Assembly (NCBI RefSeq): GCF_009914755.1
Contig: NC_060944.1
Direction: 5' to 3' (one strand)
DNA length: 64,000 bases
Origin: the human T2T-CHM13v2.0 reference genome, Homo sapiens
Part shown: in pieces, positions 1 through 19,283 of the stretch
Position numbering within the stretch: the first letter of the stretch is position 1
Layout of the letters: each line of letters starts with the position of its first letter
Position numbers and translations under genes: made by a program
The notes under the pieces: generated by a model
Seen by the model: only the letters and a program-made list of their open reading frames with translations
What the model was told of the DNA's origin: nothing
Database searches by the model: none

Positions 1-224
1 ATAAGGTTTAAGAAGCTTTTTTATTGTTTCAGTCCCAAAAATATAAAAATAAGCTTATACCTCATTTAAGTGTTAATACTTACTTTCCCTACAAAGTAGA
101 TTTTTAGACTAAAAACTACAAAGATACCAAATGTTAAAACTGTCCTAGAACACCTTTCTGTGGTCTCCTAAAAAAAGACACCTCGGTACCTATCAACGCC
201 AGACTCTGCTTACAAAGTCTCTGG

Positions 225-412
225 TTTTAATGTGGGTTCTGCCACTTTCTAGCTCTGTGGTCTTGGACACATTACTTCACCTCCCTGAACCTCAGTTTCG
301 TGATCTGAACAACCTGATTAGGACATTCTGAGCATTAAAAGAGCTAATGCTAAGCATGCTAACATGTTAGGTACTGAGACCCGTGCCTGATGGCAAGTAC
401 TGAATAAATGTT
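225..412 (+). mobile_element. MIR SINE remnant
   Basis: Resembles the MIR core (ttctgccactttctagctctgtggtcttgg...cctcagtttc...gtgcctgatggcaagtactgaataaatgtta). Confidence 0.7.
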
Positions 413-1399
413 ACCATGCCCCATTATACAGGCAAATGTGTCTGGGACTGTACACATCTCTAACCATCTACAAGCTGGGTGGGCATTTATAGCTTCCAAG
501 ATAAATAATCATATACAGCTAATCCTGTAAGTTCCTATTGTATGTCAATGTATGTAAAGACTTTTATATCCACACATACTTATATTCATGCTAGGACTAT
601 AGCTATAGATGCAAAATTTATATGTGTATCTATATAATTACAAAATATCCATACAATTAGTTATAGACATGAGATTATCCACATACACTTCTATGTATAT
701 AAAATGAGCTCTTTCTATATATATCATTACAAAAATAGGAAACTTTATTCTCAACATCAGTATCAACTTCTAACATAAATCTACTGTAAAGAAAGCAATA
801 GTTCCTCTTTTTTACTGGAAATAGCCAATAACAGAAATAGAAGAAATGAGAGAACTAGAAGAGCACATTTGCAGCTACCACTGTAATAGCTGTAATAAGA
901 CAAGAATCATCCGTGTATGATCAAAAACAATGGGAGGAGTGACACTGTGCACACCAGCAGGGCAGGAAGCTCTAGGGGGTCAGACGTTCCCACAGAAACT
1001 ACTGAGCAACTGCAATCAACTATTTCAAAACTCTGGAATCATTTCAGATCCTTATGGGCCTGCTACCATCCCTGTTCCTCAGCCCTTGTTCCTGCTGCCC
1101 TAGAGCTGGATGACAGCAGCCTGCACTCCTGGGGTGTCTGGCTGGTGCCAGAGTGGGCAGTGGGGACCCTGTCCTCCAAAGCATGGGCTCAGGGTTTTGG
1201 TTGGTCTAGTGGTTCCTTTAGGGAATGAAGCAGACTTTGCCTTGCATTCAGCCTTCCTGGGCTACAGAAGCTTCCCTCAAAAGCATCTATCAGAATATAT
1301 AAAGGGATGGGAATACCTTTTGGGAAGGGAGAAACTTTGTCAGGTCACTGGCTGACTGTGAAGAACAGAAATTTCAGTCACTGCACACAGGAAAGATTA

Positions 1400-2307
<908 letters not shown>

Positions 2308-2500
2308 GCCGGGTGTGGTGACTCATGCCTGTAATCCCAGCACTTTGGGAGGCTAAGGCACACAGACAGCTTGAGCTCTGGAGGTCCAGACTAGCCTGGG
2401 CAACATTGGCAAAACCCCATTTCCACAAAATATACAAAACTTAGCCGGGCTTGGTGCTTTGTGCCTGTAGTCCCAGCTACTCAGGAGACTGAGGTAGGAG

Positions 2501-2950
2501 TGAGGCAGGAGAATAGGCTCTGGAGGAGGGAACCTATGGCTGTTTCATGCCCAACTAAATTGAAAGGAAAATCCTAACTTTCGACGCCTAAGTAACAAAA
2601 GGACCAGAGGCTACTCAGGCTACTCCCTTTGCAAACTCCCAACCTTTTCTGCGTGGTAGATGGGAAATTGGCTGTCCGCAACCAATCAGACTGATTGTGG
2701 GTGGAGTCCTCCTTTGCAACTTTGTAACTTTACCTTAGCCTCTGATTGGCTGCAAAATGCAACCAATTAGATGTTGCACAAGAGTGTAACATTTGTAACT
2801 CCACTTCAGCCTCTGATTGATGTTGAAAGCAACCAACTGCAGGCCACCACGTCGTTTCCATGAGGTGAGCATGAAGTGGCCAATGGCAAACCTCTAGCCG
2901 GAGGTTTCTGGACAGGAGAAGATTCTACATGCAGGCCCTTGAGGCGCTGC
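2501..2950 (+). mobile_element. MER51-type ERV1 LTR, 3'-truncated, abutting an Alu (2308-2500)
   Basis: Starts tgaggcaggagaatagg...ctaagtaacaaaaggaccagaggctactc and contains several CCAAT/ATTGG boxes. Confidence 0.8.
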
Positions 2951-3179
2951 CTCCCAAAGTGCTGGGATTACAGGCGTGAGCCACCGCGCCTGGCCTAATT
3001 TTTATATATAATGTAAGGTAAGAGTCCATCTTCATTCTTTCCATTACCACAGTGTTTTGATTACTCTGTGGCCTTGTAGTGAGCTTCAAAACTAGAATTT
3101 TGAGTGCTCCAACTTGGTTCTTCTTTTTCAAAGGTGTAAGAGAAACCTTGTCCAGCAGTGGTGACAAACCCACACTCAC

Positions 3180-3360
3180 CTAGCCTCACTCACACATATT
3201 CTCACTTCTGTTCACTGCCCACAATTTGACGCGTGGAATCTGGACGGGAAAACAGTGACGATGAGTGGCCCCAGGCAACTCCTGGCTCTGGCCTCACCAG
3301 CATCCACATAATAGGATAAAAGAGGTGCACAGGACTGATGGGCCCACAGAACCATCTATC
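3180..3360 (-). other. Candidate non-coding internal exon of the minus-strand transcript
   Basis: Minus-strand acceptor CTTCATTGTCTTTGGTCTAAAG| and donor TAG|GTGAGT, in unique sequence. Confidence 0.4.
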
Positions 3361-4029
3361 TTTAGACCAAAGACAATGAAGGAAGGGATCTTTCATTAGT
3401 TCTACTCTGCATCTCCTATTTCTCAACTTGTAGTAAAAGTAATGAATTACTTTCAAGGAATGAGCAGGATGCAGACAGATTAAAGAACACATTTGCACGT
3501 GACCTGACTGTGACCTGACTATGCTGAAAGGCCGCTATGGCATAAAATATTTGAGGTGCTTAGGAGAACAGGAAGTGGAATCTTTGGAAACTTCAGAGGC
3601 CATGTTCAGTCCCAGGGGCCAAGTCTTTGTTTCAGATGCACGGGTCCTTGTGAGAAGTCTGGCTGTTCTGAGTCCCACAACACTGGAGTCTGTATTTTTC
3701 ACATTACGATTCCTAAACTCAACTCCCTCCTTTTCTACCCAAAAGCTAACAGCATTGGCATGAAAAAAGCAGCCACAAAAAGGTTTTTCCTCTGGCAGGA
3801 ACCAAGCTGGGTGCAGGGAAAAGACATTTGCTAAAACAGACTTCTGGTTTCTGAGCACCCCAAACAACTTTTACTTGGTCTAATCATTGCTGGTCAATCT
3901 CCCTTGACAGGATGAATGTTTAAATAAACAAATCTGTCTTCAAGCTGCATTTGTTAAAACAGCAGATGGAGATTTAACTGAGCTGAGGAGGAACAGAGCT
4001 CTTTATCTCCGTAAGTATGACAAGTGAGA

Positions 4030-5267
4030 TGAGGGACTGAGGCAGAAGTCTCAACCCTCAGGGCCTATTAAGCAGCTTTAGGGAGCATCCAGGAAAACCT
4101 GGGATAGCTCCATCTGTGGCTGTTTTCCTGAAGAGGTTTTCTGGAGGTTTAGTATTTACACATTCCTTTAAAGTGCAGAAGGCATGTAGGAAGAGGGTCA
4201 GGTAGGCAGTAAGGGAATGGTTCTATTCCCATGGGCCTTGAGCTGGTGCCCAGTAAATCTACATTTTACGTAAGATAAGGTGAACATTTGAAGAGGAGTA
4301 GGGACTAAAGGAGGAGTCAGTTCCACAGACATCTCCGGGTAGGTGGAGAAGGGAGTTTGTCTTTCCTCTGCATTTGGGAAAATAAGCTTGTAATCAACAT
4401 TATCAGTGTGGCGTTTCAGGAGCCAGACTTAGACTGTAGACCTAAAGTCTCCCCTTTTCATACATTGGCATGTCCTCATGTATGGGAGGTGTAAACCAAA
4501 AATAAAATTCTGAGCCCCCCCCCATTATCTGAATGGTGCCCTCCTCTCAGCCAAGGGCATTCCAAAGTTATCCTGAAGAACTAGTTCAGGCATGACAGGA
4601 TGGGGGGTTGGACTGCCCCATTATGCCCTCCTCCCTTTAGAATAATTCAGGCACAACTGACCAGCATTAACATTAAAACAGATCTCAAGACTGACAAGAC
4701 AGACTCCTGTAGCAATAAGATACCAGCTTGACTCTAGCACAGCATCATAAGACAGATAGCAAGCCCTGGAAGTACTTTACTACAAACTATATTTCTTTGC
4801 CATATCTTGAAGTACTCCTGCAAAGTTGTCTCTTGTGGGGAAAATCTACATTCTGAAGAGAATCTCCTTCCTTTTCCAGGCCTTCTTCCTGATCCAGGAG
4901 AGAATCAGCTCTGATAAGACACATTTACAATGGATTCTCTCTGAAGCCTGCTATCTGGAGGCTCCCTAAGTATAATGAGAACCCTGGTCTCCACAACCCC
5001 TTTTCTTTCTTTGTTGTTTTGTTTTTATTTTTTTTTTTTGAGACAGAGTCTCGCTCTGTTGCCCAGGATGGGGTGCAGTGTACTAATGTATGACTTTGCC
5101 TGTGACTTCTGCTTCCCTAAAATGCATAAGACAGAGTCGTGCCCTAACTGCCTCAGGACCACTTATCAAGGCTTCCTGGGTTTGTGTTTTCCCCAGGCCA
5201 CGGTCAATCATACTGGCTCCGCATAAACCTCCTTAAGATATTTTACAGTTTGGGTTTTCCATTAACA
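4030..5267. mobile_element. ERV1 MER4-group LTRs: a minus-strand remnant (~4030-4488) and a MER4D-like LTR on + (4490-5267) with an Alu fragment at ~5005-5080
   Basis: tgtaaaccaaaaataaaattctgagcccc...ccaagggcattccaaagtt matches the MER4D start, and the element ends ...ccattaaca. Confidence 0.7.
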
Positions 5268-5839
5268 CCTTCACAGCATACACTTGAGTTTTTAAGGTTG
5301 AGCAGGTCCAGCAGGTTTCCCCCAGGTGGATTCTGACTGAACAGTTTATGAGTGATTTCTCCATACCTGTTATTCAATCCAAGCTTTCGTGGGTAAGTGC
5401 TTTCTTACCTGCCTGTGCCCCTCAATCAGAGCATAATGTTATAGAACATCAGAGTTAGAAGGTACTCAGAACCAAGAAAAATTTAACCCAAAAAAGATCT
5501 AGAATAAAATGCAGCTTTTGCTTCACCCTTAAAAGAGTGGGAAATTTGACTATATAAAAGTCACAATTTCTAAATAGGAAAGAATAAAATCAGAAGATAA
5601 ATGACAAACAAGAAGGTAATTTTAATGTAAATCACAGGCCAAAGGTTAATTCCCTTAATAAAGAGCTCCTAAAATCAGTACTGAAACAACCTACCCTGCC
5701 CCCACCCTCCAAAAGCAAAGGATCTAGATTACAAAGATGGAAATACAAATGGCTCTTGAACATGTGGAGAGATGCTCCACTGTGCTCATCGGGAGAGATA
5801 CAAACCCCACCGAGAGAGAGGACTTTTCGCTTGTCAGAC

Positions 5840-6840
5840 TGTGCCTCAGGTCAGCTGGGCTGCTGTGACAAGGCACCGTGGCCAGACAGCTGAAAACAGA
5901 ATGTATTTCCCTCTGTTCCAGAGCCATCAAGAGGCGTCTCATCAAGAAGTTGGCGTGGCTTCTTCTTTGGCCTCTCCTCGGCTTGCAGATGTCTCCCCTG
6001 CATGTGCCTGTGTCCTCATCTGTTCTCATAAGGACACCAGTCATATAGAACCAGGGCCACCCTTATGGCCTCATGTGATACTGTGGTGTGGCAAAAAGTG
6101 TATGTTTAGTCTTGGTCCTAGGTTCCTGACATACAGCTCCCAAAACCCTCAGAATTTCCTGAGTAATAGGGAATTCTGTTATTCATAATAAGCCCCTTTC
6201 AACTACACCAGCGTTTATATTACTGAGGTGACTCTAGGAGGAAAGGGGCTGGTTACCAGATGGACCAACCCTGGGATTAGGATAATCCCACCCCCAGCCT
6301 CCAGGGTGGGCGGGGCTGCAGCTAAACCCCATCCACCTCTTCATCTGCTGTTCATCCACATTCTTGGTCACAGCTTCATAATAAACCGGTAAACATTTGT
6401 AAATGTTTCCTTGAGCTTTGCAAGCCACACTATCAGATGATCAACCCCCAGAGATGGTCTTGGGGACTCCTGATTTAAAGTCAGTCGTTCAGATGCACAG
6501 GTCACAACGTGGGACTCGTGACTGCCTTCTGAACTGGGGGAAGCCAAATGGAACTGAGCCCTTAACCTATGGGGTCTGCACTAACTCCAGGTAGTGTAGA
6601 ACTGGGTTAAATTCTAGGACATCCAGGGGCCTCTGAAGAGAATTGGAGAATTACGTGGTGTGGAAAGACCACGTTTGGTGTTAGAAGTGTTCTGCTGAGT
6701 AGAGAAACCATGTTTTCCATTTTACTTTTCACTTGATTACCTCTTTAAAGAACCTGTCTCCAAATACAATCACATTCTGAGGTACTGGAGGTTAGGGCTT
6801 CAACATCCGAATTCTGGGGAACACAACTTGGCCCACAGCA
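5840..6840. mobile_element. MLT1 (MaLR) LTR with a nested MER21-type LTR (~6073-6720)
   Basis: MLT1 motifs (ataaggacaccagtcat; tgtctccaaatacaatcacattctgaggtactg) flank MER21-like sequence (ggttcctgacatacagctcccaaaaccc). Confidence 0.7.
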
Positions 6841-7497
6841 GACTGGCACTCTGTTGATGAAGCCATAGGAAAGCAGGCTTCATACACGCTGATGGGAAAT
6901 AAACCGGGGCAACCTCTACGGACAGCAACTTGTCAGCATCAAAGTTTTAACGTGCATTTCCCAAAAGAAGATTCATTAATGGGCAAAAAGTGCACAGAAA
7001 GATGCTCAACAGTATAAGTAATTAGGGAAATGCAAATCAAACTAATGAGGTAACACTGCACACTGCCTGGGACAGCTATACTCCTGGGATCCACTGGGCA
7101 GATGCACTGCAATGCTGGTCTTCCCCAAGGTTCCTGCCCTGTCCCTCCTTGCCATGGGGGCACATTTAAGGATGGCCACCTCCACACAAGCCAGTCCAGT
7201 GCAGCTTGGTCGGGGGGGTTCTGCTGCACTCCTGGGCAGCTGTGTGGCCGAGTCAAGCTGCTTATGCTCTCTGGGCCTGAGCTGAGCTATCAAATGAGGA
7301 AGCCAAACCTGATCCCAGGCACCTTTGTGCTCCAAAATTCTCATTCTCTTGGGCCCAGCACAATGCCTTCTGGGCTCCCCTCACCACTGAGCTCCACAAG
7401 AGTCCTGAGGGGGAAATCAGAGGACACCAAGCAGCCTGGTCTTGGACAGGGTGTTCTGCAGATGGCCATTACCTGAGCGTGCTGGCCTATGGGCTGG

Positions 7498-8490
7498 CCC
7501 TGAGCACCCACAGCCACAGCTCCCACACCCAACCTTACACAGAGCTGACCTCGGCACCCATGGCCACAGCTCCCACACCCAGCCTCACCCACGGCTGACC
7601 CCGGCACCCGTGGCCACAGCTCCCACACCCAGCCTCAGTCAGGCCTGACCCCGAGCACCTACGGCCACACGTCCCACACCCAGCCTCACCTAGGGCTGAC
7701 CCCGGCACCCACGACCACACCTCCCACACCCAGCCCCACCCGGGGCTGACCCCAGTACCCACGGCCACATCTCCCACACCCGGCCTCACCCAGGGCTGAC
7801 CCCAGCACCCACGGCCACAGCTCCCACACAGAGACTCACCCAAGGCTGGCCCCAGCACCCATGGCCACACCTCCCACATCCAGCTTCATCCAGGGCTGAC
7901 CCCAGCACCCACGGCCACAGGTCCCACACCCAGCCTCACCCAAGGCTGACCCCAGCACCCACGGCCACACCTCCCACACCCAGCCTCACCCAGGCCTGAC
8001 CCCAGCACCCACGGCCAAACCTCCTACGCCCAGCCTCACCCAGGGCTGACCCCAGTACCCACAGCCACACCTCCCACACCCAGCCTCACCCAGGCCTGAC
8101 CCCGGCACCCACGGCCACACCTCCCACACCCAGCCTCACCCAGGCCTGACCCCGGCACCCACGGCCACACCTCCCACACCCAGCCTCACCCAGGCCTGAC
8201 CCCGGCACCCACGGCCACACCTCCCACACCCAGCCTCACCCAGGCCTGACCCCGGCACCCACGGCCAAACCTCCCACACCCAGCCTCACCCAGGGCTGAC
8301 CCCGGGACCCACAGCCACACCTCCCACACCCAGCCTCACCCAGGGCTGACCCCAGCACACATGGCCACAGCTCCCATACCCAGCTTCATCCAGGGCTGAC
8401 CCCGGCACCCATGGCCACAGCTCCCACACCCAGCCTCACCCAGGGCTGGCCCCGGCACCCATGGCCACAGCTCCCACACCCAGCCTCATC
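7498..8490. repeat. 50-bp minisatellite (VNTR), about 20 copies
   Basis: Unit cccggcacccacggccacacctcccacacccagcctcacccaggcctgac repeats with a 50-bp period. Central copies are near-identical and edge copies are diverged. Confidence 0.97.
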
Positions 8491-9382
8491 CAGAATCCAA
8501 GCTCGTCCCAGACACTGTCTCTCTGGCCGTTGCTCAGCATGGACCTGGCTCTTAATGGACCCTCCATCAATGTCTGCTGAGTCTCACTTCCCCTCTCCCT
8601 CTCCTGCTCTGTGCTAGGAAAAAGGCAATGTGAGTTTTTATTTTACATCCAAACAAAAGCTGGCAGCTCATCATGCACGAGTGGAACTAAATCAATGTCG
8701 TGGCCTGAGGTCGTGCAGCACAATGCACTCAGCTGAGCAGTGTCAGCACGGAAAGCCCACTCGGACCTTGGATCTCCAGACACGCCCATTCAGCCCGGTT
8801 TGAGCCACTCTTTCCAACCAACTCCACAATGTCCCTAACATGTTTTTTAAAAAATGTTTCCACACAGGAAAAGTCAAAAGTCAGGAAAATCTCAGAACTC
8901 CAGGTAGAATATTTACAAGGTTCTAGCTAAACCTGCCATACACACGTCTGCAAACATCCTTCTAAAAGGGGAAAACTTTTAGAGCCACAAGAATGAAATA
9001 AAGTGGATCAGAAGTAAATTCAACACTGAGAGGACAGTGAAAAGAACACATGAAACACTTGGCATCTGTGTATCAAAAGGAATTTGTCTCTCTTTCCAAA
9101 CACTTTGGCTCACATTACGTTTACTTAAAGAAAAAAGGGGGTGGATACAGTGGCTCATGCCTGTAATCCCAGGACTTTGGGAAGCTGCTGTAGGAAGACC
9201 ACCTGAGGCCAGGAGTTCGGGAACAGCCTGAGCAACATAGCAAGACTGTCTAGAAAACAGAAAAATTAGCCGGGCATGGTGGCATGTGCCTGTATTCCCA
9301 CCTACTTGGGAGGCTGAGGTGGGAGGACCACTTGAGCCGAGAGGTTAAGGCTGTGGTGACCCGTGACTGTGCCCCTGCATGA

Positions 9383-10371
9383 TGAAGGGGGCCTGCCCCT
9401 CCACACCTGTGGGTATTTCTCACAAGGTGGAGACAAGAGACTGAGAAAAGAAATAAGACACAGAGACAAAGTATAGATGAGGAAAAGTGGGCCCAGGGGA
9501 CCGGCGCTCCGCAAGCAAGGACCTGCACCGGCACTGGTCTCTGAGTTCCCTCAGTATTTATTGATCACTATCTATACTATCTCGGTGAGGGGGATGTGGC
9601 AGGACTATAGGGTAATGGCAGGGAGAGGGTCAGCAGGAAAACATGTGAGCAAAGGACTGTGTGTCATAAATAAGTTTAAGGAAAGGTGCTGTGCCTGGAT
9701 GTGCACATAGGCCAGATTTATGTTTGACTTTACAAAACATCTCAGTGCAGTAAAGAGCAGTATTGCTGCCAGCATGTCTCACCTCCAGCCATAAGGCGGT
9801 TTTTTCCTATCTCAGTAAATAGAATGTACGATCAGGTTTTACACTGAGACATTCCATTCCCAGGGACCAGCAGGAGACAGATGCCTTCCTCTTATCTCAA
9901 CTGCAGAGAGGCCTTCCTCTTTCACTAATCCTCCTCAGCACAGACCCTTTACAGGTGTCGGGCTGGGGGACGGTAAGGTCTTTCCTTTCCCACGAGGCCA
10001 TATCTCAGGCTGTCTCAGTGGGGGGAAACCTTGGACAATACCCAGGCTTTCTTGGGCAGAGGTCCCTGCGGCCTTCCGCAGTGCATTGTGTCCCTGGGTA
10101 CTTGAGAATGGAGAATGGCAATGACTTTTACCAAGCATACTGCCTGCAAACACATTTTTAACAAAGCACATCTTGCACAGCCCTAAATCCATTAAACCTT
10201 GAGTCAATACAGCACGTTTTCTGGGAGCACAGGGTTGAGGCTAGGGTTACAGATTAACAGCATCTCAAGGCAGAAGAATTTTTCTTAGTACAGAACAAAA
10301 TGGAGTTTCTTGTGTCTTCCATTTTCTACATAGACACAGTAACAGTCTGATCTCTCTTTCTTTCCCCCACA
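9383..10371 (-). mobile_element. HERV-K (HML-2) solo LTR, LTR5A/B-like, inserted in an Alu (9140-9382 and 10372-10450)
   Basis: The minus strand begins TGTGGGGGAAAGAAAGAGAGATCAGACTGTTACTGTGTC and ends ...GGTGTGGAGGGGCAGGCCCCCTTCA (~990 bp). The Alu right arm resumes at cattccagcctgggcaac. Confidence 0.92.
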
Positions 10372-10497
10372 CATTCCAGCCTGGGCAACAAGGGCGAGAC
10401 TCCGTCTCAAATAAATAAATAAAAAAAAAAAGAAAAGAAAAGATAGAAAAGAAAATATGAACCTGCCCCTAACAGATGTAGAAAAAAGAAGGTAGGG

Positions 10498-11220
10498 TGT
10501 TCAACAAAAATGGTCACTGAGGCAAGTGTCTCTATCAGCAGAGGTTTATTGAGCCAAGTCTGAGGACGCACCCAGGGAAAACACAAGCCACTGAAGCATC
10601 TGTGACCTCTGCTTTTCCAAAGAGGATGTGGGAACTTAGTGTGTGTGTGAGGTGGGGGCAGGCAGGAGGGAAACAAGGGTGGGGGCAGGGAGGCAAACGG
10701 TTATTCTTATGAGGCTCTAATAACTGCTCAGCACCCGTATGTTTTATATCAGATAAGGTAAATCTTTGAAAACAGGGAATGGAGGAGAGTCAAGCAGGAA
10801 GAGTGATTGATCCTGTCTTGAGCGTGTTCTGCACTTGGGAAGGTAAGCTTGTCATCAACATTGTCAGTGTGAGATTTAACAGGATTCAGTTTGAGGAGTT
10901 AAACTTGGCTTGCAGATCCAAGGTTACAATTGGCATGTACTGGTTTTACAGCAGATATGTATCCTGAAAGGTTTAGGGGCTAGCAAGGGATGTCCCTGTG
11001 AGCAATTTGTGAGGGAGGCCATCGGGAGGTATACAGCCTTTTACCATCCTGGGACCTGGCTTATGTCTAACACTATGACACATTGTTGTGAAGTTACAGC
11101 TCTGTTTGGGGAAAAAGAACAGCAGTTGCATGACTCCATTCCCAGGCTTAACTCTCCCTTTGGCATAACCAGTTGGCGGGGTGGGGATGGGGAGGTACCA
11201 AAATTTCATTTTCTTTTACA
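10498..11220 (-). mobile_element. ERV1 MER4-group solo LTR
   Basis: The minus strand starts TGTAAAAGAAAATGAAAT...TATGCCAAAGGGAGAGTTAAGCCTGGGAA, has AATAAA near its 3' end and ends in ...AACA. Confidence 0.65.
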
Positions 11221-13538
11221 GAAGCTATTTCCCTCAAGCCTTTTATCATTTTTTTTTTCTTCCAACTCAAGTTAAAAATCTACTAAAAGAGCTGGGCATG
11301 GTGGTGTGTGCCTGTAATCCCAGCTACATGGGAGGCAAAGGTGGGAGGACCACTTGAGCCCAGGAGTTCAAGACTAGCCTGAGCAGCATAGCCAGACCCT
11401 CCCCACCTCAAAAAGAACGCTGACAAACTAACCATATACATAGGTTAAACCACTTTTCTAAAAGAGCTGTGAAAGAAAAAAATAAATCTACTAAAAAAAA
11501 TAAAAGGTAACATAATCCTCTGGATTTGTAAGGCCAATTGCATGTTTATCCTATTAATCAAACAGTGATGCCAGAGCTTTTGTTCCAAGCCATGCTGGCA
11601 CTATACAGACAGAGGCATGCTTGCTCGCCCTTCTGTCTAAATCACGGAGGGGCCACAAGCCTCCAGCATTTGGTCAAGCCCTGAAGTTTGAAGTCAACTC
11701 AGTCAGGTCTAGACACACCCCCCTGCAAGGCTGAGAGGTCCTGGAAAGAACCACATCCCAGGCTATGTCCAGGAGAGAAAAATAGAGGTGCTGAACAGGG
11801 ATGGGAAAAGAAAGGAGACACAGAAAGTAATTCAGAGTAGCTCCAGGTGGCTCTTACAGCTTGGAGGACAAGTTTGCGAAGAGCCGAGCCTATCTGCGAA
11901 GGTCAGTAAACACACCGGGTTACTCAGGCCTTCCTGGAGAATCAGGGTCTGGCTAGAATCAAAGAAAGGCTGAGCTGAGACACCCAGGGAAAGTGCTGGT
12001 GCAGGTGAGGCACTCATGGAGTGGGGGTCTCAGCTCACCTTTTGCTTCCCCACGCAAGGGCACTGGTGCAGCGGCCTTGCTCACTGTGGCCCTCCACTTC
12101 AGACCCCACTATGCCTGGAAGTTACTTCTCACCCTTGTTGGTTTTTTTTTTTTTTTTTTTTTTTGGAGATGGGGTCTTGCTATGTGGCCCAGGCTGTTAT
12201 TCACAGGTGTGATCACAGCTCAATGCAGCCTCACATTCCTGGGCTCGTGATCCTCCCACCTCAGCTGCCCAAGTGGGTGGGACTACAGGTACCTGCCACC
12301 ACATGCAGCTTATTGGAATCGTAATTGGCTTCAGACATACTGTTACAAAAAAAACCGAAAACAAAAACAAAAATCCAAAGGTTGGGGAAATGGCATTTTA
12401 AACAGAGCCACTCACTGGTCCCCGCCAGTACTGAGGATGCACACAGTACAGGCCCCAGTGTCTCCACTTCTCTAACCAATGGCTTGTGGGCCACATTGGG
12501 AAAGGTACTTTCTGATTTTCTTTAACATTAAAAACAATTTTAAGAAAAATAATTATCATTCCCATGGCAAAGATATTTTCCTCCAATGTGTAACACAGAT
12601 GCATATTAGGCTGAAATAAATACAGCTAGGTTAGCATGAACACGTGTCACAAGTAAAGCCCATATAAAATCTCATTCCTTTAAACAAAAATGCACAGACT
12701 TGCACGCCATTATGTGAACCTGGGTCGAAAAAGAGTGTCCTTCACTTATCTTTCTCCCCAGGGAAGCTAAAGAGGAAGGAAAGAGCATCTCAGTTCAACA
12801 GGCACGATGGGAAGAGGTTCTGAAACAGTGGCCCATGGAGGTGACTCCGTTTCCTGCTCCCTGCTCACTCTGCCCAACTTGGGCAGCAGGAGGATATTCT
12901 GTACTTGCTGCCTCCAGGAGGGTGACAGAGCAGAACACCACAAACTGGGAGGCTCTTCTTGTTGTCTGAGGTTCAGATGCTCAGTCCCTGGACAGCAGCC
13001 AACAGCTGCAAATAATAAACATGCAAGCCTTCCAGGCAGCTATGGCTGGACCTGGCAGGCAGGGCACGGGTCAGGGCAGAAGGACCAGGCCTTCTAACCT
13101 AACCTGCAGGTAGGTGTGGGGGAAGTGAGAGTGAATTCACTCTTTCAGGCAACGTTCAGGAAGGGGCAGGAGCCCAGGCAAGGAAGGGCAGCGAGGTGTG
13201 TCGAGGCAACAAGGAGCAGAAGCTGAACAAGGAGCCACACAGCGGGAGGGCTGCACTCTGCGGAGCATGGGGTCAGGAGAAAGGTCTGTGTGCAGGGGAC
13301 CCATGGGAACCAAGGCCCAAAGACAGACAGAAGGACAGCCCCCTGAGTGCCAGAGTGGACAGAACATGAAACCCCTGCCAGGTAGAGACATAGCCCTGGG
13401 TGACTTCTGGATGGATAAAAATGAACTTTCTGCCACCTGGAAGGGTATGGGCTCATGGAAGAGAACACAGTGCATCTCAGACAACAGAATGGCAATCTGC
13501 ATACTGGAGTTTAAGGATCACAATTTATACAAAACCTA

Positions 13539-19283
<5,745 letters not shown>

